Below, in pieces: positions 19,189 through 28,819 of a stretch of 64,000 nt of DNA. The stretch spans positions 1-64,000 of the forward strand of contig JAEOSK010000005.1 of assembly GCA_016840405.1 (NCBI GenBank), given 5' to 3'. The DNA is from Candidatus Hermodarchaeum yapensis (GTDB lineage Archaea; Asgardarchaeota; Hermodarchaeia; Hermodarchaeales; Hermodarchaeaceae). The notes below the pieces were generated by a model. That model did no database searches and was not told the origin of the DNA. It worked only from the letters and a program-made list of their open reading frames with translations. Position 1 is the first letter of the stretch; the number at the start of each line of letters is the position of its first letter. The position numbers were made by a program, and so were the translations under genes.

Positions 19189-20313
19189 CTAAAACAGGTC
19201 GGGTAATGCAAAGGTTTCCAGAAACGCTTCAACACGGGTTTTAAATTGCCCAATTGGGACTGTCACATCAAACTCTAAGAAATAAGTGGGAATGCCATTC
19301 TCTTCAAGCATTTGCCTCAAAGCAGGCATGTCCAATTCATGTGGATCACAGAATTTCTGTTGGATAACTAAGGCTCCCTCGACGTTGTAATCTTTTGCCA
19401 GTTGTAAAATATGGGGGAACCGTTTTCGCTCTGGCCAATCTTTACTGGGACAAGGAGGTCGATCGATATACCGGGCAGCAATTGCCGCCAATCGATCTTT
19501 TTGGGGTTCAACTTCGTTCCAGAAGTAGCGGGTGCCCGTACAATGTTCATCAACGACTAGCGTTGAATCCAATGACTCCACCATTTCAACGAATTCTGTG
19601 TCATCATCTTCACTCCCAATGATCATTAACCGAGTTCCGGTATTTCTGTCAAGTTTCCGGTTGGGAAGTTCTTTGAGCACGGCTTCAAGTGCTTGATTAT
19701 GTTCCTCCTTCTCGACCATTTGACTCGAAACAACCATGTACATCGCCTCTAACCCTGTTAGTGGAGGATTGTCTTGTTTCCGAAACTCATACACTTGTTT
19801 CATCAATTGGCGATTCTTGTTCATCACTTCAATGCCCCGATCTATGTCTTTATCCGAGATGGAGCGTCCAATCCATTTTTCCAACGCCTTCTTGAACACT
19901 TCGAGTTCGCCGCGTAAATAGGGATAGGCATGTGGGGTTTGGACTCCATGGGGCATATACATGTAATAGCTGAATTCTTGTGGAATATGTTTTACCCAGC
20001 TATTGTAGGTTTGGCGGATATGGAGACACGATTGGGAAATCATGATGCCGTTGAGATAATCGAAGCGACCTTTCAACCCTTGAGCGAGACAGTCACGGCA
20101 AAAGGGACAAAACATCCCAAAGATGTGAGGTTCAGTAACGTCCTGTGCTTCGTGGCTTCCAAGGATTCGAAGGGGAAGAATATCTGCAGCGATAAGGAGT
20201 TCTTCAGGGACATAAGTGCAAAAGTAGCCGAGAACTTTTCCGCCGGTTTGCTTTTTCCAAGCTTGAGCATAGTCGTGGCGGTTTTCATACCATTCTTTGA
20301 ATTTATCAAACAT
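19189..20313 (-). CDS. bzdN: Benzoyl-CoA reductase, Bzd-type, subunit N
   Basis: GYFCTYVPEE, MFCPFCRDCLAQGL, EHCTGTRY, QKFCDPH, TRVEAF; start placed at ATG 20313. Confidence 0.92.
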   Translation of the reverse strand: MFDKFKEWYENRHDYAQAWKKQTGGKVLGYFCTYVPEELLIAADILPLRILGSHEAQDVTEPHIFGMFCPFCRDCLAQGLKGRFDYLNGIMISQSCLHIRQTYNSWVKHIPQEFSYYMYMPHGVQTPHAYPYLRGELEVFKKALEKWIGRSISDKDIDRGIEVMNKNRQLMKQVYEFRKQDNPPLTGLEAMYMVVSSQMVEKEEHNQALEAVLKELPNRKLDRNTGTRLMIIGSEDDDTEFVEMVESLDSTLVVDEHCTGTRYFWNEVEPQKDRLAAIAARYIDRPPCPSKDWPERKRFPHILQLAKDYNVEGALVIQQKFCDPHELDMPALRQMLEENGIPTYFLEFDVTVPIGQFKTRVEAFLETFALPDLF

Positions 20314-20484
20314 AGAGATCTTCCTTCCCTGAAACACACTATGAAGGGAGTGTTTACTTCGAGCAGTACGAGGATGAAATTCCTTAAGAGTTTTTGCAAA
20401 ACTGTTTTATAATGATGGTTCAATATTCAATGTTAATTAAAGAGATTTGGATATCTATGCACAGAGAAAAACGGAGTTCATCAC

Positions 20485-20820
20485 ATGACCAATTGGCATA
20501 CCGATAGGATTCGAAACTTGCTTTCAGCAATCACCCACCCATCTCGAGTAGCAATACTAGAATTCCTGTCCGATCGTGATTTCGGTACGAATAAATCATT
20601 ACGGCAACATCTCAAATCAATACAACCTCAAACTGGAGGAAATTCACCAGCCGTAGTAACCCACCATGTCTCCTTGCTAGAAAAAAACGGGCTAGTCAAA
20701 CATTCAGAGGAAGATGCACGGGTGATTGTTGCTACAGTCATGGGACGCAGAATAACACGTATGCTACGGCAAATGGTTTCAGATTCTGACCTGGATGAAT
20801 CCTGGGACCGTTCCCTCTAG
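20485..20820 (+). CDS. ArsR-like winged-helix transcriptional regulator, divergent from bzdN
   Basis: AITHPSRVAILEFL...VTHHVSLLEKNGLV...T..G. Confidence 0.8.
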   Translation: MTNWHTDRIRNLLSAITHPSRVAILEFLSDRDFGTNKSLRQHLKSIQPQTGGNSPAVVTHHVSLLEKNGLVKHSEEDARVIVATVMGRRITRMLRQMVSDSDLDESWDRSL

Positions 20821-21494
20821 AGGTTGAAACCTTGTTCTCGGAGAACTTGCGTAAGATTCTTTCCTTGGTCACGAGCGCGTTGTAAGAAAAATCGAAGATA
20901 ACGATCAAAGAAGGGATTGCTGCCCTTAGCGGCGAGAGGGATTCCGAGCACCAAATCGCCTCGTATTAGATCTAGTCTTTGAGCCGCCATCCCGACGGAC
21001 CACATCATTCGATTATCAATGAAGTGTTGAGCAGCAACAGTTGTTGCAGAGGAGAGAGCAATACCTAGGTCCAGAATTTTGAAAGCACAAAGTGCTGTGG
21101 TTTTGTTTTGACGAATGGCTTCTTCGTAATCAGCGCAGGTTTCGAAGCCACAGGCATGACAATCGAGGGCAAGCGGAGGGCGTTTGGCTCGAATTCCAAC
21201 AAGGAAAATTGCAGTACTATCTTTTACGGCTTCAGCGTCGGGTTCTAAAAACCAGAAGGTTTGGTTGGTAAGGTCTTCATGTCGCATTCTTTGGATTTCT
21301 TTAGCAATTTGCTTAATCGTTTTTCCTGAGACAATTTCAATGGTAAGATCATCGAAGCCTTTGGATTTCGGTGCGGTTGTTGCTGCAGCGGCCATTAAAT
21401 TCGCAACGTGTTTCACGGCTGCGTCGGTGTGCTTCTGTCTTTTTGTTGGTATTTCATTCACCTTTTTCCTAGAATTTTTCCGCCTAACTGACAA
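20817..21494 (-). CDS. DUF2148 ferredoxin-like/nitroreductase-fold protein
   Basis: AA.TAPKSKG.D, DCHACGFETC, C..KILDLGIA, DNRMMWSVG, NPFFDR. Confidence 0.8.
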   Translation of the reverse strand: MSVRRKNSRKKVNEIPTKRQKHTDAAVKHVANLMAAAATTAPKSKGFDDLTIEIVSGKTIKQIAKEIQRMRHEDLTNQTFWFLEPDAEAVKDSTAIFLVGIRAKRPPLALDCHACGFETCADYEEAIRQNKTTALCAFKILDLGIALSSATTVAAQHFIDNRMMWSVGMAAQRLDLIRGDLVLGIPLAAKGSNPFFDRYLRFFLQRARDQGKNLTQVLREQGFNL

Positions 21495-21506
21495 TTTTTT
21501 GTGGGG

Positions 21507-22796
21507 TTACTTCTTGGGTTTTTTACCCGTAACAGCGTTTACGATATTCCAGAATTCGTCTTCTTTCAGACCTAAACGGGTTTCTCGAAGAAGTTCTGCA
21601 GCACTTTGTAATTGACGAAGCATTTCAACTTTATCTCTGAGTTTGTGCGTCTCTTTCACTTGTAATACAATTTGCTTGATTTGTTCATCGGTGGCCTCGA
21701 TGTTTTCTTGTTCGAGTTTTGTTTTCACGATTTGACTTCCGGTGTGTTTTCCCATGTAGAATTCAGTTTTACGCCCTACAGTTTCAGCAGGGATGGGTTC
21801 GTATGTTAGCCGATGGGAGAGGATGCCATGAACATGGATGCCTGCTTCATGTGAAAAGGCATTTTCTCCTGTGATAGCTTTGTGTACTGGAAGGAGGATG
21901 GCAAAAGATTGACTCACTAAATCAGCAAGTTCTTGAATTCTTTCAGTTTTGATCCCTGTTCGAACATCATACAGGAACTCTAGTGCCATGACTACTTCTT
22001 CGAGAGGTGCATTACCTGCACGTTCTCCAAATCCCGCGACACACACGTGGGGAACCGTGACGCCTTCTTCGATTGCAGCTAGTGTAGTGGCGGTGGCTAA
22101 TCCAAAGTCATTGTGATTATGAATCGACAGGGGCACTTTCTTTTTGACCTCGTCGTGAAGACGGTCTCGGATTTGAGAGACTAAATATCGCATTGATTCA
22201 GGTCTCAAGAAGCCCACGGTATCTGTAATTACGACTCGATCAGCACCAGCTTCAATTGCTGTTTTGAAAATCTTCACGGTGTTCTCAATGCTAGTGCGAG
22301 AAGTGTCTTCGGTGACGAAATCAACAATGACTCCATGCTTCTTTGCATATTCAACACAGTCGGTTACGATGGCGAGAGCTTCTTCGGGGGTTTTCTTTAG
22401 CTTGAACTTCAGGTGAAGATTGCTGAATGCAATGAAGATGGGGACTTCTTCTGCTCCAGATTGGATGGCAACATCAATGTCCGATTTGATGGCGCGAGCT
22501 GGAGCACATATCTTAGCTTGTTTGAAACCCTCAGCAGCAATTCGTCGAACGACTTCTTGTTCATCTTTTGAAACTGCAGGAAAACCGACGTTGATAATGG
22601 CAATACCCATTTCATCCATTATCTTGGCGATTTGGATTTTTTCGTCAATTAATAGACTAGTTCCAGGAGTTTGTTCGCCATCGCGGAGGGTTTCATCCCA
22701 GATAAGAACTTCTTTGGGCAGATGCTTGGGTTTGGTTTGTGGAACTTTGTTGAAGTTCACAATTAAGCCATCTGCTTCTAATTCGTCAAGCAGCAT
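21507..22796 (-). CDS. DRE-TIM acyltransferase of the homocitrate/isopropylmalate/citramalate synthase family (no regulatory domain)
   Basis: DETLRDGEQTPG, HNHNDFG, GERAGNA, HEAGIHVHG, GKHTG. Confidence 0.9.
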   Translation of the reverse strand: MLLDELEADGLIVNFNKVPQTKPKHLPKEVLIWDETLRDGEQTPGTSLLIDEKIQIAKIMDEMGIAIINVGFPAVSKDEQEVVRRIAAEGFKQAKICAPARAIKSDIDVAIQSGAEEVPIFIAFSNLHLKFKLKKTPEEALAIVTDCVEYAKKHGVIVDFVTEDTSRTSIENTVKIFKTAIEAGADRVVITDTVGFLRPESMRYLVSQIRDRLHDEVKKKVPLSIHNHNDFGLATATTLAAIEEGVTVPHVCVAGFGERAGNAPLEEVVMALEFLYDVRTGIKTERIQELADLVSQSFAILLPVHKAITGENAFSHEAGIHVHGILSHRLTYEPIPAETVGRKTEFYMGKHTGSQIVKTKLEQENIEATDEQIKQIVLQVKETHKLRDKVEMLRQLQSAAELLRETRLGLKEDEFWNIVNAVTGKKPKK

Positions 22797-22901
22797 TGTT
22801 CTCAGGCAACCTGATTAATCAATATTGATAGTATAGACTTAAGTCTCTTTCTTGTGTATAGTGCAGGCATTAACGAATACGGACTTGGAAGGAGAAAAAT
22901 C

Positions 22902-23678
22902 ATGACTCCGGGATATTCAAACATCAAGGTTGAAATTTCTGATGGGGTCGGAACCATTTTGGTGAACCGACCACCCTTGAATATTCTTGATCAACAAACA
23001 CTTACAGAGCTTCAAAAGGCATTTCAAGAGATGAAGACCCACTCTGATGCTAATCTCATTCTTTTAAAAACAGCTGGCGACCGTTTCTTTTCAGTTGGGG
23101 TTGATGTAGAACAACACCTCCCGAAACATGCACCTAAGACGTTAAAGGCGTTCAATAATGTCTTTGAAACACTCATAGATGTTGATAAACCCGTCATCGC
23201 CGTGGTTCAAGGAGCTGCATTGGGTGGAGGATGTGAGCTAGCCTTCGCTTGTGATGTGGTCATTGCAGCAGATTCAGCAAAGTTTGGTCAACCAGAAATC
23301 CAAGTTGGTGCAGTGCCAACAGTTGCAGCAGCTGCAATGCATCATCTCATTGGTCAAAAACGAACCTTTGAGCTGCTTTATACTGGCGATAGTATTTCGG
23401 CTGAAGAGGCTGTGAAGATTGGGCTTATCAACCATGCTGTACCTGCTGACCAGCTAGATTCCACCGTTAACGAATTAGTTTCAAAACTCAAAGAACACAG
23501 CCCGATTATGCTCAGCTACGTTCGACGCGCTATTTACGAGAGTATGCACCTTGACTTCATGCAGGCAGTCGAAAAATCCACCGAAATTTACCTAGATTCG
23601 TTAAAGAACACAGAGGATGCTTCAGAGGGACTCAAAGCGTTCTTAGAAAAGCGGAAACCAGAATGGAAAGGAAAATAG
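22902..23678 (+). CDS. dch: Cyclohexa-1,5-diene-1-carbonyl-CoA hydratase-like crotonase
   Basis: PPLNILD, FSVGVDVEQH, ALGGGCEL, GQPEI, Y..L..TEDA.EG; bzd context. Confidence 0.75.
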   Translation: MTPGYSNIKVEISDGVGTILVNRPPLNILDQQTLTELQKAFQEMKTHSDANLILLKTAGDRFFSVGVDVEQHLPKHAPKTLKAFNNVFETLIDVDKPVIAVVQGAALGGGCELAFACDVVIAADSAKFGQPEIQVGAVPTVAAAAMHHLIGQKRTFELLYTGDSISAEEAVKIGLINHAVPADQLDSTVNELVSKLKEHSPIMLSYVRRAIYESMHLDFMQAVEKSTEIYLDSLKNTEDASEGLKAFLEKRKPEWKGK

Positions 23679-23693
23679 ATTCGGGTGGGTGGC

Positions 23694-24725
23694 CTAGGGG
23701 ATAACGATAATCCGACCCAGAACCTTTCCTTCTTCAAGGAGTTTGAAAGCCTCATTAATTTCTTCTAGCGGACGTTTACTATCAATTATTGGTTCAATCT
23801 GAATGATACCTTGCTCCACCATTCGCAGTAGTGGAGGATAGTCAACTGGACGACAGCCAAGAGACCCACGAATTTCTACTTCTCGGTACATAATTCGTGA
23901 AGCCGAAACGGTCCAATCGGATTCAGCATAGCCAACTACAACCATCCGACCACCCCATTTCACAACGGCTAATGCTTGACTCATAACGTCAGGAATTCCA
24001 ATGGCTTCAAAGGAGATATCGACACCGCGCTTGTTTGTCATGGCCCGAATCTGTTTGACAGGGTTTTCATCTTTTGAGTTAATAGTGAAGGTTGCACCGA
24101 GTTTTTTCGCTAATTTCAGTTTCGTATCATCGATATCGATGGCATAAACGATGCCACCTGCTGCTGCAGCGATTTGAACCACATTGATACCAACACCACC
24201 ACATCCAAACACAGCTACTAAATCTCCTGGTCGAACTTCTCCCCGGTTCTTCACTGCATGGTAGGGTGTTGAAATTGCATCAGCTACGATGCTCGTTTCT
24301 TCCAATGGTAATGAATCAGGAATTCGTAATACATCCTTAACCGGTACACGGATGTATTCAGCGTAGGCGCCATCAATGTTGTTTCCCACCATTTCTTGTC
24401 GTTGACATACGTTTTCGCGACCCAACCGACAGTTATCACAATATCCACAGGTCAGAACAGCAGGAATTAAAACGCGATCTCCCTTGGCCCAATTTTCTAC
24501 AGCTGAACCCATTTCAGTAATTGTACCAGAAGCCTCATGTCCAAGGATCAACGGGGGTTTTTTGAAAGTGGGAGTTCCATGCAGATAATGCAAGTCGGTT
24601 CTGCACACACCACATGCTGCCACTTTAATCAGAACGTCTTCAGGTCCAACTTCTGGTGTCGGAACATCTTCGATTTTGAGGGGTTTTCCGGCTTCATAAA
24701 ACACTGCGGCTTTCATTGTGAGCAC
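23694..24725 (-). CDS. had: Zn-dependent dehydrogenase, likely 6-hydroxycyclohex-1-ene-1-carbonyl-CoA dehydrogenase
   Basis: CGVCRTDL, LILGHE, PAVLTCGYCDNC, VADAISTPY, GCGGVG; bzd context. Confidence 0.75.
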   Translation of the reverse strand: MLTMKAAVFYEAGKPLKIEDVPTPEVGPEDVLIKVAACGVCRTDLHYLHGTPTFKKPPLILGHEASGTITEMGSAVENWAKGDRVLIPAVLTCGYCDNCRLGRENVCQRQEMVGNNIDGAYAEYIRVPVKDVLRIPDSLPLEETSIVADAISTPYHAVKNRGEVRPGDLVAVFGCGGVGINVVQIAAAAGGIVYAIDIDDTKLKLAKKLGATFTINSKDENPVKQIRAMTNKRGVDISFEAIGIPDVMSQALAVVKWGGRMVVVGYAESDWTVSASRIMYREVEIRGSLGCRPVDYPPLLRMVEQGIIQIEPIIDSKRPLEEINEAFKLLEEGKVLGRIIVIP

Positions 24726-24816
24726 CGAGGCGCATATCTGACTTTGAACCTTATATCCTTTAGGAAGCTGGGAGAACTGGAGGAAAGTAAAGATTTTTGA
24801 TTTCTGTTGATGGAGG

Positions 24817-25128
24817 TTGTGGAGAGAATCGATGAAAAAAGCGACTTATGGTGTTACTATTCGTTTGGTTGGTGTATTGAAGATTACAACAGGAATCGAA
24901 AAAGTACACCTAGACCTAGAAGGTAACGATACTATCGGGACCGTTCTTACACGGTTAGTTGGAGTGCATCCAGTGCTAGGTCAAGAACTGTTCAACAAGT
25001 CTGGCGAGATCCACAAGTATCTCAACATTTTTGTTGACAACCAACCTGTTCTTCAGGAAAATCTTAATGATATCCCGATTCAGCATTCTACGACATTAAC
25101 GCTAGTGATGGCAGTTGGCGGTGGATAA
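24817..25128 (+). CDS. MoaD/ThiS/SAMP-type ubiquitin-like sulfur carrier
   Basis: Beta-grasp pattern, NIFVD, C-terminal AVGGG; precedes aor. Confidence 0.85.
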   Translation: MWRESMKKATYGVTIRLVGVLKITTGIEKVHLDLEGNDTIGTVLTRLVGVHPVLGQELFNKSGEIHKYLNIFVDNQPVLQENLNDIPIQHSTTLTLVMAVGGG

Positions 25129-26983
25129 CAAACCCCCGGAAGAACTCAAAATGACAGCAAACCAATATGCGATTGTTAATCTTAGTAAAGGTTCAGTGAA
25201 AATAGGGGAGACTTCAGCAAGCATTATTCGAAGTTACTTGGGTGGTCGAGGGACGAACGTCTATTATCTGAATAAATTGCTCAGGAAAGATGTGGATCCG
25301 CTCTCCCCGGAAAATGTGCTGATTTTTGGTTCTGGTTTGCTGACCGGGTTCCTGATCCCGAACGCGTCGCGGTTCAATGTTACAGCGAAATCCCCTGAAT
25401 CTGGTTTTTTGGGTGACACTAATTGTGGAGGCTATTTTGCTCCGGAGATGCGTTATGCTGGTTTTGACCGGGTCATCATTCTTGGTAAAGCGAAGAAGCC
25501 GAGTTACATTTTCCTTCAGGATGGCTCTGTGGAGATTCGAGATGCGTCGGCTTATTGGGGTCTCGATACGTATGATGTTCAAACTGAGTTGCGGAAGGAT
25601 TTGGGGGATGTTCAGGCTGCTGTCACTGGAGAAGCGGGTGAAAAACTCGTCCGATTTGCGAACATTCGAAACGGTGTAAAAAATGCCGGAGGACGGGGTG
25701 GGCTTGGTGCGGTCATGGGATCGAAGAACCTGAAGGCCTTGGTCGCTTATGGAACTCGAGGGTTGAAGGTTGCTCATCCAGAACAGCTTCTGGAGCTTAC
25801 TAGGCGTGTTAATGATTATGTTATGAATTCGAAGGTCATCTCAGTCATGGGCAAACTGGGTTCTCCGTATCTGTACGATGTTAGTAATGAATTAGGAGCG
25901 ATTCGCACGAAGAACAGCCAGCTGAATGCCTGGTCGGATTCATTAAACGCAGAGTATTTCGAAGAATATGCTGAGAAAATGGTATCCTGTGCTTCTTGTA
26001 TTGTACATTGTCGACATCGGAATACCATGAACGGTGAAGGCCCTGAATACACGACGATTGGATTACTGGGAGCCAACATAGGTATCTCGGACCCAAAACA
26101 GGTTATTGAGTTGAATAACCTCTGCAACCGTCTTGGATTAGACACGGCATCTGCAGGGAGTATTCTTGCCTGGGTTTTCGAGCTCTACGAAAAAGGAATT
26201 GTTGATAGAACGAAATTCCATGGGGAGAAACTAGAATTCGAAAACTTTGAACTTGCCAAATCCCTCCTCGAAAAGACGGCCCGCCGTGAGGGACTTGGGG
26301 ACGTCTTGGCTGAGAGTAGTCAAGCCGTTCAGTACTTTGGACCAAAATCTGCTGATTATCTCATTGCGGTAAAGAACTTACCTCAAAGCGATCCACATGA
26401 TGTTCGTTACATCAAAGCATTTGCACTTGGGATAGCGACTGCGTCAAGAGGAGCAGATCATTTGCGTAGTCGACCCACCCTTGAAATCTTTCTGCGACTG
26501 CCCCAAGAAGTAAAGGAAAAAATCTATGGTACAGGAATCTCGCCGGATCCCACTTCATACGAGGGGAAGGAAAAAACCGTTTTTTGGTCAGATAACATGT
26601 ACGCCGTAATTGATGCAGTGGGAATCTGTAAATTCATCTGCCATGGTTTCAACAGCCCACACCTCATCGGATATGAACAGGTTCGCGAATTCTTACAAGC
26701 AGCAGTTGGCCTTGATTTCGAGGTTCAAGAACTAAAAGAAATTGGGCAGCGAATAATTGACACAGAACGCATCCTCAACCTGCGGTTTGGACTCACCCGG
26801 GCAGATGATTCATTACCTAAACGCTATTTTGATGACCCAGCCCCATTGAAAACCGCCCAAGGCCATCATATAGATCGCCAACAATTCCAAACCATGTTGA
26901 ATCGATACTACCAACTACGTGGCTGGAACGACCAAGGGATGGTAACACACAAACGGATCACCGAATTGGAGGCGATTGAATGA
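25115..26983 (+). CDS. aor: Tungsten-dependent aldehyde:ferredoxin oxidoreductase, catalytic subunit
   Basis: YLGGRG, DPLSPEN, KSP, GRGGLGAVMGSKNLKA, EGPEY, GLDT, RGADH, YY.LRGW. Confidence 0.92.
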   Translation: MAVDNKPPEELKMTANQYAIVNLSKGSVKIGETSASIIRSYLGGRGTNVYYLNKLLRKDVDPLSPENVLIFGSGLLTGFLIPNASRFNVTAKSPESGFLGDTNCGGYFAPEMRYAGFDRVIILGKAKKPSYIFLQDGSVEIRDASAYWGLDTYDVQTELRKDLGDVQAAVTGEAGEKLVRFANIRNGVKNAGGRGGLGAVMGSKNLKALVAYGTRGLKVAHPEQLLELTRRVNDYVMNSKVISVMGKLGSPYLYDVSNELGAIRTKNSQLNAWSDSLNAEYFEEYAEKMVSCASCIVHCRHRNTMNGEGPEYTTIGLLGANIGISDPKQVIELNNLCNRLGLDTASAGSILAWVFELYEKGIVDRTKFHGEKLEFENFELAKSLLEKTARREGLGDVLAESSQAVQYFGPKSADYLIAVKNLPQSDPHDVRYIKAFALGIATASRGADHLRSRPTLEIFLRLPQEVKEKIYGTGISPDPTSYEGKEKTVFWSDNMYAVIDAVGICKFICHGFNSPHLIGYEQVREFLQAAVGLDFEVQELKEIGQRIIDTERILNLRFGLTRADDSLPKRYFDDPAPLKTAQGHHIDRQQFQTMLNRYYQLRGWNDQGMVTHKRITELEAIE

Positions 26984-27435
26984 AGTACATCTTCGTTTAC
27001 CCAGAGCGTTGCACTGGGTGTCGATTATGTTCACTTGCCTGTTCATTGACCAAATATGGTGAATGCAACCCACGTAAAGCTGCGATTAGTGTCGTTCGAG
27101 ATGAATTTGAACGGTTCGAATTTCCGGTTGTTTGCTTTCAATGTCAGGATGCGCCCTGTGTTTCAGCTTGTCCACAAAACGCCATTACAAAGGATGAAGG
27201 CGTTGTGACACGCGACGATGACCGGTGTATTGGTTGCCGGTTATGTGCAGTGGTCTGTCCCTTCTCCGCAATTACAACTCATGGTAAGGAACTGATCCAT
27301 TGTGACCTTTGTGGGGGTGACCCACAATGTGTCAAATACTGTTCCACAAAAGCCATCGAATATGCAGAAGAAACCCAAGAAGCAATGCAACGACGAAAAG
27401 AACAGCTAGCCCGAGTCCTTATCATAGAGAAATAA
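26980..27435 (+). CDS. Polyferredoxin (4x[4Fe-4S]) subunit of AOR
   Basis: CTGCRLCSLAC, CFQCQDAPCVSACP, CIGCRLCAVVCP, CDLCGGDPQCVKYC; overlaps the aor stop. Confidence 0.9.
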   Translation: MKYIFVYPERCTGCRLCSLACSLTKYGECNPRKAAISVVRDEFERFEFPVVCFQCQDAPCVSACPQNAITKDEGVVTRDDDRCIGCRLCAVVCPFSAITTHGKELIHCDLCGGDPQCVKYCSTKAIEYAEETQEAMQRRKEQLARVLIIEK

Positions 27436-27599
27436 TTCCAGAAGCCCTTATTATGACAGGTTTGTGTGTATCATGAAACGATGTAGACATAGTTTCTATG
27501 CTTCCTGATTATTCCAATTCGGACCCAACCCACTAGTTCTCTTTCTACTAGCCCAATTGATTTAATAAAGAACAGCCGGGAATAATTAAGTAATTTTGT

Positions 27600-28055
27600 T
27601 TGGTGAGAGCTTTGCCTACACCTAGGGACATTTCAGACTATCAAAGACATCTATCAAATGTGATGGCATACTGTGCACTCCTTACTGGGTTCATCCTCAC
27701 TGTGTTCACGCTATTACTCACCCTCCTTCCATACAGTTTTCTCTCTAGCCTCTGGGGTCAGATCGCATTATTCTTCGTCGCAATCCTGTTCTACTTGTTT
27801 TTATTATATGGTTTACTCTTTAGATTATGGGGGTTTCGATGGGTAAAATGGAAACCACCTATAAGTTGGCAAACACATTTCTTGAAAGGGTTCTTTATTC
27901 TGGCAATCTTACTCTTTGGGTTTCTCATTCCATTGCTATTCCTTATTTGGGGATTTTTCCTTCTAGCGATAATAATGGGGATTATTTGGGTGGTATTTTT
28001 TGCCTTCTACGTGGTATACGATAAAATTACTATAGGATCGCCTGAGAGAACCTGA
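27600..28055 (+). CDS. Hypothetical membrane protein (~4 TM)
   Basis: Four long hydrophobic segments. Confidence 0.65.
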   Translation: MVRALPTPRDISDYQRHLSNVMAYCALLTGFILTVFTLLLTLLPYSFLSSLWGQIALFFVAILFYLFLLYGLLFRLWGFRWVKWKPPISWQTHFLKGFFILAILLFGFLIPLLFLIWGFFLLAIIMGIIWVVFFAFYVVYDKITIGSPERT

Positions 28056-28276
28056 CTCTTTTTCTTAACTTCTCTTCCACAGATTGGGGGTATTCGGGAG
28101 TTTATGAAGTTATATTCAAATGTATAGCAATACCTAAGATTCCAGAAAAAAAACAACCGTTAATTCTCTAACTCAGCAAACCTGGCACAATCCCTAAAAA
28201 GAGTAAGTATTCAAGAGCAACATCAGCTTTTTCTAAAGATTCACAGTAAGATAGTAATGAAATCGAGTGGAGAAAG

Positions 28277-28738
28277 ATGGAGCCAAAAACTACTACATGG
28301 AGAGAATTGAGTAGGGTAATGAATATCATATTCGTTGTTGCTTCTGTATTATTCTTCATTTGTGTGAGCGGAATTTTTCTGGCAACTAAATTTGGTAACG
28401 TGGAACTCCGGTGGTTGTTGGGAATTCTTGTGATGTGTTTAATAGTTCCCTACACGGTCGTTTTAATAGGATATGTGAAGGAGAAGCCGGAGAAACCGGT
28501 AATCATTTCTCTTAGCCTTATTCTTTTCTATCTCATTCTAGAATTGATTTGGGATTATATTCTCCGAATTCCATTCCGAGAAATACTGACACTTCACATC
28601 GTCTACATAATTGTTCTTTACATAGCCTCCTTCACTATGATTGGTGTGTCCTTCAGAATAAATAGAAAAATGGGTTGGTTGGTAACCATCACATTCTGGA
28701 TATCCTTGGGATGTCTCATATACCTGTATCTATTTTAG
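28277..28738 (+). CDS. Hypothetical membrane protein (~5 TM)
   Basis: Five hydrophobic segments; ELIWDYILRIPFR loop. Confidence 0.7.
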   Translation: MEPKTTTWRELSRVMNIIFVVASVLFFICVSGIFLATKFGNVELRWLLGILVMCLIVPYTVVLIGYVKEKPEKPVIISLSLILFYLILELIWDYILRIPFREILTLHIVYIIVLYIASFTMIGVSFRINRKMGWLVTITFWISLGCLIYLYLF

Positions 28739-28819
28739 AAGCTCTGATATGCAGGGAAAATTCATTTTCTAGTTGTTGATGCAGAATGAAAGACCGTTAT
28801 CCATGGAGCATTACAAGGT

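Noticed and set aside
17881-20313. 2-hydroxyacyl-CoA dehydratase instead of BCR
   Set aside because: Two distinct ATPase subunits, BzdM/BzdV and dch/had/oah context favour Bzd-type BCR
25115-26983. AOR-family gene as BamB (class II benzoyl-CoA reductase)
   Set aside because: No bamC-I or Hdr-like partners in the window, a class I BCR is already present, and the motifs are ordinary AOR type
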